Assembly: GCA_023515725.1 (NCBI GenBank)
Contig: JALDTO010000200.1
Coordinates: forward strand, 550,276 to 614,275
Direction of reading: 5' to 3'
Origin: Amoeboaphelidium protococcarum X5
Lineage: Eukaryota; Fungi; Aphelidiomycota
DNA length: 64,000 bases
Positions 40,710 to 53,757 of this stretch are shown here, piece after piece. The translations under genes and the position numbers were made by a program. Numbering within the stretch: position 1 is the stretch's first letter; each line of letters starts with the position of its first letter. Below the pieces are notes generated by a model. That model saw only the letters and a program-made list of their open reading frames with translations, searched no databases and was not told where the DNA came from.

Positions 40710-41022
40710 ATGATAATTCCTGTTCGCTGCTTCTCTGTAAGTTGTATATAACTATTATTTTGCTCTAATATCTAAGTTCACATATATATTAATGTAGTGT
40801 GGAAAAGTTATTGGTAATAAATGGGATTAATACCTTTCGTTATTGCAGGCTGATTATTCAGAAGGTGAGGCTCTCGATCAGTTGGGATTGAAGCGATATT
40901 GCTGCCGAAGAATGGTGTTGACTCATGTGGATCTAATTGAGAAATTACTGCACTATAATCGCTATGACCGAGCTGTAGACATGACTCTGCAATAGGGGTC
41001 TGAAGGCACGCGTAAATAGTGA
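40710..41022 (+). CDS. RPB10: RNA polymerase I/II/III common subunit RPB10
   Basis: MIIPVRCFS|CGKVIG...[19 protein letters not shown]; intron 40737-40797. Confidence 0.97.
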
Positions 41023-41250
41023 CTGAAGTAACAAGACGTTTAATGTAACATCACGCGCTTTCATCCATCGCCAATACATTTGCTTTCGTGTACCGCTATC
41101 AGAGGCTGTTGTAACCTGACATGAATTGACGCACCATTTAAATTTATTCAAGTGTCTTTCTTTCTCATCCTACTTATTATAACGCTTATTATTATCCATA
41201 GAATCCTGATATACACCTGATTAACGAATAAATAATTGACGATTTACACT

Positions 41251-42174
41251 ATGACTCCTTAAATTGATTCCAATATTAATGCTCCTACTGCCTCGAATGC
41301 AACTACAGCAGCTGATAAAGGTCGCCTGAACAAAGGCGGCGATAAGCAGCTGTTGGCGCGTGCTGCATCAGATAACAATAATCTGTAAACGGCCCCTCAA
41401 GCAATGTCTAATGCCGATCATTTGTGGAATGGAGCGAAACTGAGCCAATAGGCCTTCTCATCTTCATCCTCATTGCTGGGCAATGACGTTGAAGTCCTCT
41501 CTTACCAGGATGACGGCAATGGTCTGCAGCTGATAAGCCCTAATCTCTATTCTGACGCACTATCCTCGTCCAACCCGAACATTGATGGTCTGGCGCAGTA
41601 TTACGAATATCTGGATCCAAGTGTCCCCTCTACCTCCCTGTCCACGCCTTTGAGTAATTTTTACCTCTAGTCTGCACTTGATCAAGATCGACATGCCATC
41701 TCTACTCCAACTAGTCCTAGTTAATTTCTATCTGGAAGCAGCTTTGGCAATTTCCCATCTACCATGTCTACACCGACTGCAAAGCCGAACAGAAGCTTGA
41801 CTTAGTCAACTTCAGCATCCATGGCTGCCAGTAATCTGAGACCTTTGTAAACTAATCAGTACTCACAAAAATTGACCAATGCTCAACGCATGGCTCTAGC
41901 TTCTCTCTCAGATCCAAACTATAAGTCCCCATCACCGACACAGTCAAGTGAATAGCGACGCTAAATGCACATTGAGTGTGAGAAGAAGCGACGCAATCAG
42001 ATCAAGAATGGCTTTGACGAGTTGAAGATGGAAATCCCTGGCCTGGTTCATAAGAAAGTGTCCAAGGCTGTTCTGCTGATCAAGGCTATTGACTTTGTAC
42101 GCGTCCTCAAGCAGGAGCGTGATGTACTGGCTCTTGAAGTTGACAGACTGAGAAGTTAATTAAATCAGTAATGA
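41251..42174 (+). CDS. bHLH-ZIP transcription factor (Mlx/Max-like)
   Basis: HIECEKKRRNQIKNGFDELK...KVSKAVLLIKAIDFVRVL plus zipper. Confidence 0.88.
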
Positions 42175-42669
42175 ATAATGGTGATAAACGATGAATGTGA
42201 TTTTGAAAATGATGACGATTAAAGTTTTCCTTATACGTAAAACTTTTAATTTGACTTTCTCTTACTTAGTCATTACGGGTACCCAGGGACAGTCTTTCTT
42301 CAACTGAGCGGTATCTCGCTATGTCTCTGTCTCGATGAACTTCTTACGCGTCTCCACAACACAAATGCTTTCTCCATGAAAAATCTTTGAAACACAAAAG
42401 CCACACGCGCGATAAACGCCACCTGAGCATAACTCACAACAACTTTCCAAATTCAGCAGCCATCGGTCAGATTTGACCATCTCGGTCATAAAACACGCGC
42501 GCGAAACTCAAACAGCCGCCGACATTGCCTCAGCTCTTCTCTTTCTCTCTGTAAAACTTAAGTATTTAGTACGTGTACTTACTACTTTATAGTATAGTCA
42601 AGTTCTTTTGTTGCAGTATATTTAGCTTTGTGTGTGCACATTAAACTTGTATATTGATTAATTAATATA

Positions 42670-44215
42670 ATGACGTAAGATTCTCATTCAAATGTTCGTG
42701 TTAACTTAATCTTATTTACTCAATTGCTGTACTGTGTGTGTATGTAGAGTTGCTGACACTACAACCAAGTTTTCCGTGCCAAAGAAGGCCAACTATACCG
42801 TCTACCCGGCGCCTTATGCGTTTGAAGTTCCTGGCTTCCGTAACTTCAATGGTCTTGCATTTTGGGGACTGAATCTGTTGACTCCTCTGGCACTGGTTTA
42901 GCTGTTGCAGACGCCTTACTGGAGTTACCCGCTCTTGCTGCTGCTCACTATCGTGCCGACTTGGGTTGGATACGTGTATGTGGATGCTTACTTGAAGGTT
43001 TGGGCACACGATCAGCAGGTGAAGGCTGCCGGTTTGAAGTTGACTGATTATGTAAAGTTGACTGACGCCAAATTGGCTGACAAGTATCAGGGCTCAAGCA
43101 AGATTCCAATGGAGACCTTCTTCGAGGCTTACTTTGATGAGAAGGCTGAGATTCGCGGTGACATGCTTGATCTGCTCGAACACAGGCACGATTGGGCCTC
43201 TTTCCACTTCACTGCAGGTCATGTCAAGTTTTTGGCTGAACATTTGCTACCTGAAGCTACTTTCCACACTCGTTCGTAGGATAAGAACCAGGTTTGTGAG
43301 CATTATGATCGCGGTAATGACTTTTATGAGGCGTTCTTGGGACCTATGATGATCTATACTTCTGGTATTATAACTGATGTCAACGAGAGAGAGTCACTGG
43401 AGCAGTTGCAGGAGAACAAGATGAAGCTCGTGTGTGAGAAGATTGGCCTGAAGAGAGGCGAGAAGATGCTGGACATTGGCTGTGGATGGGGTACTCTGCT
43501 GTCTTTTGCTGCTTAAAAGTATGGTGCTAATCCAACTGGTGTTACTATTTCAAAAGAATAGACTGAGTTTGGTTTGAACAGAGCACAGGAGTGGGGTGTC
43601 AGTGACAAGGTTAATATTTTGAACAGAGATTATCGTGATATTCCTCGTCCAATGGCTGCTGGTGGTCAGAAATATAACAAGATCACTTGCCTGGAGATGG
43701 CTGAGCATGTTGGTATCAGAAAGTTTAACACTTTCCTGCGCTAGGTTGATGAATTACTGGAAGACGATGGTATATTTTATCTCCAAATCGCCGGTCTCCG
43801 TCGCCCATGGCAATATGAAGATCTTGTCTGGGGTCTGTTCATGAACAAGTACGTGTTCCCTGGTGCTGATGCCTCTTGTCCTCTGGCTTGGGTTGTCAGT
43901 CAGCTGGAATACGCCGGATTTGAAGTCCAGTCTGTGGATACTGTCGGTGTGCACTACTCTGCCACGCTGGAGAGATGGTATTAGAACTGGATGAAGCCTG
44001 AGAACAAGAGCATGATCACGGCCAAGTATGGTGAGCGTGCGTGGCGTGAATGGGAGTTCTTCTTGGCTTGGAGTACTATCATCTCTCGCCAGGGAAGCGC
44101 CACCTGCTATCAGCTGGTTTGCCACAAGAACACCAACAAGTTTGATCGTGCCTCTTTCTTGCGTGGTTATGGCTAGTAGAGATTGATTGTGCCTTCTGCA
44201 TAGTAGCAGTAATGA
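42670..44215 (+). CDS. Sphingolipid C9-methyltransferase (CFA-synthase family)
   Basis: N-terminal TMs, KIPMETFFEAYFD, HYDRGNDFY, LDIGCGWG, CLEMAEHVG, WGLFMNKYVFPGADASCPL; intron 42675-42747. Confidence 0.9.
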
Positions 44216-44425
44216 TTTTGAGGTTGTATGAGTGCGTGTGACATAATGTGAAGTCATATTGACCAACATGGTCAGTTATTTCATCAAATACTTGAATCCT
44301 TTTCATTTTGACTCTCTACGTTTAAGAGGTATGGTGGAGGTACCAAGCCGCCATTGATACAAAATGTAAAAAATATCTATCTTGCGTGCGCAACAATATA
44401 ACAAGATTAAACATAAACTATTCAT

Positions 44426-46720
44426 TCAATTATCTTGAGTGCCATTCCACCTATTAAGAAATGATAAGCACTCTGTTTGAATCTTGGCCAACTGAACATT
44501 ATCATCAGCAGAATCACCGCTCTCATTCAATCGCTCACTCTAAATGGGAAACTACACTTGAGAGTGAAAGTAATAATGCAAAGGAGACTTGATAATTTAC
44601 GTACTTGTTCCAACAGACTCAACAAATTACTAATTACAGATGCCTCGAATCTTGTATAGCTAAATGAAATCAACCACCTTGGGCACCATCTGTTGTCTTT
44701 ACTAGTATCCATAAAAAATGGTCTTTATAATCTACTGCAGAACTAGAGATGAGCTATCATCTTCACCGCGGGACGGGCGGGCGACTTTGCTAAGACTGTC
44801 TGCCATTAAATCTGTGGAGAATCTTAATCCGCCAGTCTATTCATCCTATCTAATATTAGCGTCCTAGTGCTACTAAGCGATACAACCATAGTAATAATCA
44901 AGCACTGGAAGAGGCATAAGGGAAGCAATTGATGCAATGTTCTAATCAAATAAAGTCTAAATATTGTGCCTGAATCCAATTTTAGCATGATGCTGGCGCT
45001 ATTCAGCGTCCAACATTTTAAATTAAGCAGCAACATCCAAATCTGTAGCATTATCATTATTATCCTTAACGCGGCGACTACTCATTGTACCAAGGAAATC
45101 ATGTTCCAGTTTATATCCGATCATAAAATTAATATACTTGTGATTAAGCCGACATTTGAAGAGCTCAGAGCGTATCACAGCGGACAAGATTTCAGCATGT
45201 CTCTCTGGCGTGTCTGTTAGAGCGTCCCACTCTTACTATGCCAACTATACCAACTTTTATCTCTCTTTGGCATCGAATTTTCTCTCAACTGACAGAGCAT
45301 TTTTGGGCATATGCGTTTCAAACGTCAATAGCTCAACGTCATCCTCAGCTTTATCATGCAAATACGCATTGCCAAATCGCTCAATTTTCAGTTCATTAAC
45401 ACGTCTATGCAAGAATTATTCATGTAATTGCTTCTCATGCTTGTTCATTGATAGCTTGAACTTACTTGAATCACGGTCGATAGACTTTGCTTTATCATTA
45501 CCAGCTGTGGATAATCTTGACTTTCGGATGGGAGTTGAAATTTTTAAGAGTTTGAGAGCCAGATCATCAGTGAGCCATTTATGCCAAGCGTTATCAAGAG
45601 TGTCAGATTACGGTGGATTCTAGGATACTATACAATGATGAACCAGATACTTGAAAAATGCTGAACCATGGTCATTATATAGTACGCATTTGAGAGCAGA
45701 TTGACGCAGAAGTAGCAGATTATGAAATTAAGTTTTCAATTCTGGACTTAATCGCAGTGCAGGCTATCGCGACCGCCGAGTCCTCTATTAATTCATTGCT
45801 GCATACATTTGCAACTACTTTTCAGAAGGCTCTAAATCTTTATCACCACTCTCATCAAATTGCGCTTTCATCTAAGCAGCTAGCGTACTTATACTGAGAC
45901 ATTTACTCGAATTAAACCTGCGTTGATCAACGTCTTGTATATTATACTGCAAACAGAGGGCATCCAGCGCATAGACATTCTTCTCATTCTGAGGCAAATC
46001 TCTCCACTAGGCCAGAATATGCTTCATAATACTAAAATGGTCGTAACTGCTCAACTCTAAAGCCGTAGACGCGTAATTACTAACCACATAATGATAAAAA
46101 GCCACCATCTGAGTGCTGCTCTTCTTCGCTGGCGGATCACCTCTCAACTTCCCCTCCATCCTCCTAAAAAGATTCCTCTGACCAGCATTGAGATATCGCC
46201 AACATATAGTCAAATGTGATTTAATACTATCCTCAGTAATACGAGAATTATCGGCACCGAGCTTCTGCATTAAAGTTGGGAAATTAATCTAACAGAAGAA
46301 CGAGTATCCCTCTTGATACTCTTCACTTTAGGACTATTACTACGAGTTAACCAGCGATGTGGATTATGATACATCAGAGCCATTCGAGTTATCACCAGTA
46401 TTAGCACCATTGGATTTTTACATGACTTTCATATTATGACTATGGGCCAATTCCGCATATTTCATTCGATCATACTCTGATAACTTGGTCCATTATCTGG
46501 CAGTCAATTAGAAAAACGAAGTAGTAGACTGATTACAAGCTTTTGTAATTTCCATCTTCATAAAGAACTGATATGGCGTGAGATTAGAATTGGAGCTTTC
46601 AGCGGCAATCTTATTAACTTGATCATTTATCATTGACTGATTCAAACCAGCGCGCCCAGGATTAACCATCTTCTTTGTAATAGCTTCTATGAGCTTTTCC
46701 GAGTTGGGTAATCTTGGCAT
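44426..46720 (-). CDS. Multi-HMG-box protein (764 aa)
   Basis: Single frame with TAR=Gln; three HMG-like units (LTPYQFFMK...QWTKLSEYDRMKY; GYSFFC...WRYLNAGQRNLF; AFYHYV...QWRDLPQNEKNVY). Confidence 0.7.
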
Positions 46721-47012
46721 TATCAATCACTACAAATGACTATTATACTTGTCCAAATAGCTAATAAATCAAGATATCAGGACCTATATAAAAACTACCA
46801 CAATAACAAGACGCGCGCGTTCTCTCAATGTTCCAACATGAAAAAGATCTCAAAAACGCGTTGATCATTTTGACGCGTTTTCTGTTCTTTTTCTCTTGGC
46901 TATTTAGTCGCCATCCTCTCTTCCTCTTCACTCTCTGTCTGTCTGTAATATATTATAGTGGAGCAGTAAAAGTTATAATAATTTTATTTTATCGTTTTTA
47001 GACATACTTATT

Positions 47013-47519
47013 ATGGGCGGAGATGGCGGATTTATTGCAAAAAGATCAGAGATTGTAAAGTTGGGGAAAGGATAAAGATAATAGATTCAGAGTAATGTTA
47101 GTGATTACCGATATTGCTCCCTGTCTCACGAAGAACTGCGGGATCCTATAGTGTCATGTAAGAGAGGGAAATTGTACAATAAAGAGGCTGTGGTGAAATA
47201 CATTCTTGATAAACGGCTACGTGGTTAATCTAAAGTCGAGGGCGACAGCGCAAAGATTGAGAACACTGAGTAGGACATCGTGGCTGGTCACATCAAACGG
47301 TTAAAAGATGTCACAGATCTCAAACTGACGCGCGGTGATGATGGACGTGTTATTTGCCCAGTCACTAGGCGGTAAATGAATGGTCTCACCAAGTTTGTAT
47401 ATATGAAGCCCTGTGGATGCGTTGTCTCTTAAATTGCTGTTGATTTAGTTCCGTCTGCTACAGATTGCGTCAGTTGCGGTGCTAATGTGATTAAAGTTGT
47501 TCCAATCAAATATACTTGA
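47013..47519 (+). CDS. RTF2: Replication termination factor 2 (short, 168 aa)
   Basis: MGGDGGFIAKRSEIVK, CSLSHEELRDPIVSCKRGKLYNKEAV, HIKRLKDV, CPVT...MNG, PCGCV. Confidence 0.9.
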
Positions 47520-47675
47520 AGTGATGTTTGATTGGCATTTGGATTTATATTATCAGTTGTGATTTTGACACTTTTGTTAATTGTATGCGTACTCTCACAA
47601 ATGTAATTAATAGGAACGAGGATAACTTTACTCACTTCAAACATAACCATTTTTCACCCAAGCAAACATTCAGTA

Positions 47676-49345
47676 TCAAAACATCAGCAATATAAGTGAT
47701 GCGCTCACGGTGATCATCAAGTACCAGTCAAATTCAAAAGACAGGGCGCCCTCTGATGGATTAGACCCACCATTGTTGGAATTCGGACCAATTGTTTGGA
47801 CAGGAGACTTAGTGGTCGTCTGAGGACCAGCATATGGTACAATTTTAAAAGTGCCAGATGTAGCAACAACGACGCCATACTGACTACCAGTGGGAAAGTA
47901 TCCCGTAACTCTGACCACACAATTCTCCTTCTTGCCAAGAGACACTGGCACTCTCCAATAAGCATCGGTGGTGTTCTTCTGGCCAGATCTCAACAGTTAT
48001 GCCACAAACACCAGCGAGCCTTTATTGTCCTTTTCAAATAGATCAACATCCCAGCCAGTGACATTGTTCTAAACATTAGGGATAGCTGCCCATGTGATTG
48101 TCTCCAGATTACCACCGGTCCATTGCTGATTCTGTAATGGCAAAGTGATAGCCAGACCGGAAGTCAGTTGATTACCAGCAAACACGCTAAAGTCAGTAGA
48201 AACTGCAGTGAATGCTCTCTTATCTCCTTGTGAATAGCCATAAACCGTAATGAAATAGCCATTGCTAGCTGGCAAAGATGGTACCTGATACTGATAGTTA
48301 CCTTGGGAAGATGACACATCAGAGGCAATAGTTAGAGGACTACCATAATATGGAGTGGAAGCATCTCTTGATGACAAAATGATGGACCAAGTGTCAAAGG
48401 ATGCAATAGATCCGCCAGTTTTTGAAGACAAAGAGATTGTCAAAATCTGACTCTTCTAAACAGAGTAACTGGATAGATCAACACCAACGCTGCTCACGCC
48501 ACCTGGGCTCTAGATTTCAAAGTTGCTAGTCTCATCCAGGCAAGAAGGCTTTCCCTTGGAATCAGAGCAAGAGATACGAAGTTAGTACGTGCTAGAAAAT
48601 GGCAAGACTGGAGGAACATTCCAAGAGAATGAGTTTATGCCTTGAGTGCCACTTGCAAGATTGGCTGCAACAATAATACCACTTCTGATTGAAGGATCAG
48701 ACGATTGAGAATCGAATAAGACAATGCTAGCCAGGGATGGATCGATAGTAGATGTGGATCTGATATAGTAAGGAATCTTTACATTCTATCCGGCGACGAT
48801 AGTGGCCAAACCGTTCATAATACCGACTGGAGACTTACTAATGACAAACAGGTCTGTATCAGGCAGTGACCAATAATTAGGATCTCCCGCCTTTTGATTA
48901 GTATAAGGACCCCATACACGGACAATGTACGTATTGCCGGTTCTAGAACTAGCAGGTACTTTAAAAGTTAGCTTAGTTTAATCCAAAGGAAGACTGTCAG
49001 CCAACTGTCTCACAAAGAACTTGGTCTACACCGCTGCACTGTACAGGTCAACGTTGATATACTGTACAGGAGGTGGATTCGTCAGTGTCCACTCCACAGT
49101 GATACTCTAATCAGCCCACCAAATAGTTCCAGTCGTTGGAGTGATAACATAACCATCTACAATACAAAAAATAGATGTTAAAGTTACTTCGTCGCCTTAA
49201 TAGACATTGTCTTACCGCTTGAACGCTTTTAGTTGATGATAGGAGACCTCTTTTCCTTACCAGAGCCACTCTGCTCTTTGGTAGAGAAATAAAACACAGC
49301 AATAACTGCAACAAGTAAAACTGCTATTCTAAAGTAGTTTAACAT
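47676..49345 (-). CDS. GPI-anchored surface protein with tandem Kre9/Knh1-like domains
   Basis: Signal peptide, repeated ITxP...W...V/ITxW...FxVP units, hydrophobic C-terminal GPI signal; intron 49157-49215. Confidence 0.8.
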
Positions 49346-49629
49346 TATTAGGGAAGTGTTAAACAGACAGACACAACACTACGTATTAGATACAGTACAG
49401 AAAGAGAGTGAGACGTAAAGAAGAAGAAGAGCAAGAAGTGAAACAAAAGGGAAAGCGAATGGGAGAGAAGGGGGGAAACGGAAAGTGAAACGAGACACTC
49501 GTCGCGTCTAACTGATGCTCTTAAGTGCTTAGCGGTCGAGAGAAAAGCCAGGCCGACCTCTGACTGGACTGCAAAAGCATTGTTTCAGGCAGTTACGCAT
49601 ACAGTACTTCCAAGTAGCAACTACGTGTA

Positions 49630-50046
49630 ATGATATTGGCAATATGCTCTGGGTTTATGGCGGCGTTATCATCAGTGTTTGCTAAAATGACTCTATCCGC
49701 ACGAACTCTTGAGTATCTCCGGGTGATTGTTAGATATCTCGGATTCATTGATGTTTAGGAACTGGATGGTGTTGAGAGGTACGCCAAGTTTATCAGTAGT
49801 GCCCTTGTAATCCTATGCAATGTGTTAATGTGGGCTATATTCACTAAGGCTTTAGCCAAATCAAAATCTGCTGTATCTGCCACTGTCATTAACACTGCAA
49901 GCAATTTCTGTTTCTCTGCACTGCTTGGGCATTTGTTTTTTTATGAAAGTTTAAATGCTCAGTGGTGGGGCGGTTGTTCGATGATCATTGCTGGATGTGT
50001 ACTGATCAACTTTGACATTTAAAAAGATCCAGAAAAATAAGACTGA
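49630..50046 (+). CDS. TMEM42-like DMT-superfamily membrane protein
   Basis: AICSGFMAALSSVFAK...NVLMWAIFTKAL...NTASNF...LFFYESLNAQWWGG. Confidence 0.8.
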
Positions 50047-50133
50047 CGCGTTACTGCTCCTGTATAATTAAAATCATATCTTTTTGAATCATTGCTGCTT
50101 CTACTCTAAGAACTCACACTCCTTTATAATCAA

Positions 50134-51573
50134 TCAGTCATCCTACTTATGCTTCTTATGCTCTCGTTTCTCTTTCTTATCTTTCTTCTCCTTCTTGTCT
50201 TTCTTCTCCTTTTTCACCTTCTTATCAGCAATCGCATCTTCAGCACCAGCCACCTGCTTGACTTCTTCGCTATCGCTTCCACTCAGATTAGCATCGACAG
50301 CGCTTCTCTTGGCATCAGCATCACTTGCTGCAGGTGCGGTGGTTGGAGCCACTGGAGAAGTCTGCTGATCAGCCACTCTTTGCAGCTCAACATACGATTA
50401 GGTCCACTCTTTAGGCGTTTGCTCGTTAGGCTGACCAAACTTGTCCAACTTGCCATCCTTGATCAACTTCTTCTTCTCGCTAGCCTTTGGACCCAGACCC
50501 CACTTTCTTGGATAGGTATCGCGCTCCATGATGACACGCTTAATCTTGGCCACCACACCATGATCACAGGACGCCATTTCAACTGTTGTCATTTGAGCAA
50601 TACCCAAAGCGATCGCTTCACCTTTCGTGGTCATAAGCACAACTTCTTCATTCTGTTCGATACCATTTTCGTAACGCAACAGGCCAGGTATCATCAATTT
50701 AGCACCATAACAAACGGCATTGATGGCAGAGTCCTTGACGACGATACGCTTATACGAAACAAGCAGAGATTCCAATGGGCGAATAGCATGGCGCAGATAA
50801 GTCTCATCACGCGTGTTATCATACAACCACTGAGCATCCAGAACATCATGCATAGTAACCATACTGTCAGACTCGGATGTAGCACCAGAGCGGACACGTC
50901 TCAATTCCTGCATGTGAGCACCGACACCCAGCAAAAGTCCCAGGTGAACACACAATGTACGGATATAAGTACCAGCCTCACAACTGACCCAGAATACAGC
51001 CAGACCGCGCTCATTATCAAACTCCAGCAGCTTGCTCTCATGAATGGTACGAATACGCAGCTATCTCTTCACAGCAGAAATCAAAGGTGGACGCTGGAAT
51101 AGAGCACCAGTCAGAGTCTCCAACGCGGCCACCAGTTTCTTCTCAGACTCAATCTTGCCGTGCAGACGCATCACACAAACGTACTCCTTACCGGCGCTCT
51201 ACTGGCTCTTGACAAGACGCGTCGCCCTATCAATACACACAATCAGACAGCCAGTCACGGATGGATCCAAAGTACCACTGTGCCCAGTCTTCTCAACGCG
51301 TAAAATTCTTCTCAGCCAAGCAACCACTTCATGAGAGGATGGATTAGCTGGCTTATCAAGATTGATAACACCATACTTGATGTACTCCTGTAATGGACGC
51401 TTTAGTGGAGAGTGTCCTGATGGGATAGGAGTGTAATGGCCAGTGCGAACATTCAGGCGATCATAATTCTTCAATAACAATGGCCAGTTGGAAGTATCTA
51501 ATACAGGCGTAACCTTCTGCGGCTTAATCACGTGATCCTCTTAATCTATAGCACTCTAAGTATTATCCGTCAT
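50134..51573 (-). CDS. CBF5: H/ACA pseudouridine synthase (dyskerin)
   Basis: [26 protein letters not shown](Q)SAGKEY, PUA domain, KKE-repeat tail. Confidence 0.98.
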
Positions 51574-51836
51574 TCTATAATATATCGTGGCTTTACGTAC
51601 AAAAAAGTATTTTGACTTGTTTTCTCAAATTTTCTCGTCCAAGGAGAAACGCGCCATGAAAGGCTCTAGAAGGCTAAACGGGGAAAACGCGACAAAAACT
51701 CTTCTTAACCGATTTCTCAGAATGGCCGATCGCGACCTTTTGTTTCAGCTTAATTCCTCTTTTACAGTACGTCTAGCAGGTGTATCCCATTTTAAGTTGA
51801 GTTTTATAACTTTATATCATATTATAGTTTATCGAT

Positions 51837-52955
51837 ATGACTGTTAATTGCAATAATCTGCGGCGATATGTTAAAGAGAACGGTATAGACAATATCGATC
51901 AACTTCTCGCCTTTATTGCTTAGAACAAGGACATTGCTGCTGCACCTGGTCAGGAGATGCTTCAATTGATGTAGATGGATTTTCGCCAATTACTTGACAT
52001 ATTTGATGTTGACTCCTTATAATAGTCACCTCATCCATAGCAATAGAATGAAGTTTTAAGTTTGCAAAATAAAGTTTTATAGAGAGGAATTGAATGTTTT
52101 AATAATGGGGATTATGATGGCGCAAGATTACATTTTAATGAAGCTGTGACTTTGGCACGTTCTCTGGACGATCAAGACTGTTTATGTGCAGCGCTTTTGT
52201 ATGAAGCTTTGAGTGCTAAAGATTTTGAGTACCTGACTGGTGTTGTTGATGAAATTATGGGTATTAAAACGACGTTGGATGGAAATGAACAGCTTTATAA
52301 ATTTATTGTTCATGTGGATGGATTGCTTACTCACTAGTTTAACTACAATCAGAAAATGTCTAGTGATTGTCACCAAATGGCGCTTGACTTGATTTTGAAT
52401 GGTGATTACTAACATGCTTTGAATAACTTGAGTGCAAATTGTGAATCTGATAAGGCCATTTTCATAAAGTAGTTTTCCAATGCTCATGAAATGTACACAA
52501 ATAGTCAATATGAAGCTGCCATTTAGCATTTGAATTGGTGTAAATAATTAACGCGACACGTAAATGTTATCACCTCAAATGGTTTTGATTATAGAGACGT
52601 GTTTTACGTGTCAGAGTTGGCAGTTCTCATTCACCTGTGTCAAGGTAAGTAGGAATTGGCTTAGAAAGAGTACCGTGCTGTTGCTGATAGATATCAGTGG
52701 TTTACACCTTGCAGTCATGTATTGAAGTATTTTGAACACTTACTTGATGTAACAGGTAATTAGATGCCCATGTCTATAGGTTCATTTCAACCTGATTACT
52801 TTGGAAGATAGTTGTTTCTGTTGTGCACTTAAAGAGGATACCTTGAATAGAATATCAATCACAAAAAATTTGAAGATATTGTCGGTGATTTGCTGCTGAA
52901 TGGAACGATTATCTAGTTGCAATAGTTTAGGGAGCTGCGGTAATAGTTGTGCTGA
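51837..52955 (+). CDS. Hypothetical TPR-like helical protein
   Basis: 372-aa ORF; GIECFNNGDYDGARLHFNEAVTLA is TPR-like. Confidence 0.6.
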
Positions 52956-53115
52956 TCGCTAGAAGTAAGGGTGACCTATTGGCATTTCAGGGGCTCTATA
53001 TTACTTCGTTATTTAATTATGCGTTGTGAGCGCCTCTTTATATTCACTGTAAATATCGTCATTGAATAAATATATATCTTGTAAATCAGTATTTTGTAAT
53101 TTCCATTGTCGAAAG

Positions 53116-53655
53116 ATGAGGATAAATACAGTCTAGTGCCTCTTGGTCATGGTAGTCGTCGGATTAGCTGCGGCGTACAATGAAAATATATTTGGCATTC
53201 TCACAGACACACGGTAATACACCAGGTAGATGGAGCTACCTCCCTAGGTGGTGAATAAAGGTGGAAAAATTTAGAAAAGTATTGGTAGTTATAGATACAA
53301 GCCCAAGACACGAACGGAGAGGTTGGCGTAGAGATGGGAAAGATTTTTGGAGAAGTTTGACTGGTCGCGTGCGATTGGTGAGAGCTTGCGTGATTACCAG
53401 CAGGATTCTACTAAATTTACTGCGCTGCGTAAAGAGAATATTCTGTCCGATAATTTTAAAGGATTGCGTCTGATGTAGCAGTCGAATGTAGAGCTTGAGA
53501 GGGAACAGGATGGCTAGAAGTAATGGGGAACCTTCAAGAGACTTTTATGGCGCGTTTTTGATAACTTTGTTGATGATCACGTCCCGATGCTGCAAAAGGC
53601 CAAGGAGATTCCATTGTTCAAGCATCTTGTTAGTGCATTCTATAGGTCTCTGTGA
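53116..53655 (+). CDS. Orphan secreted protein (179 aa)
   Basis: Signal peptide MRINTVQCLLVMVVVGLAAA; open to TGA 53653. Confidence 0.75.
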
Positions 53656-53757
53656 TGAAAATGACTGTTTTAGTACAATAATAAAGTATGAACGCTAACC
53701 AATGATTGTTATTTACATGATTTAACTTTCAAATCGCATCATCTAATTAGTACAGCT

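Noticed and set aside
46810-46880. ACGCGT (MCB-like) motifs in promoters here and near 7473, 28102, 42347 and 56508
   Set aside because: The hexamer is also common inside coding sequence in this window, so promoter enrichment cannot be shown without statistics.
50149-51102. 317-aa plus-strand ORF
   Set aside because: Antisense shadow of CBF5. The same applies to 32662-33147, 34774-35232, 43754-44269 and 45156-45623.
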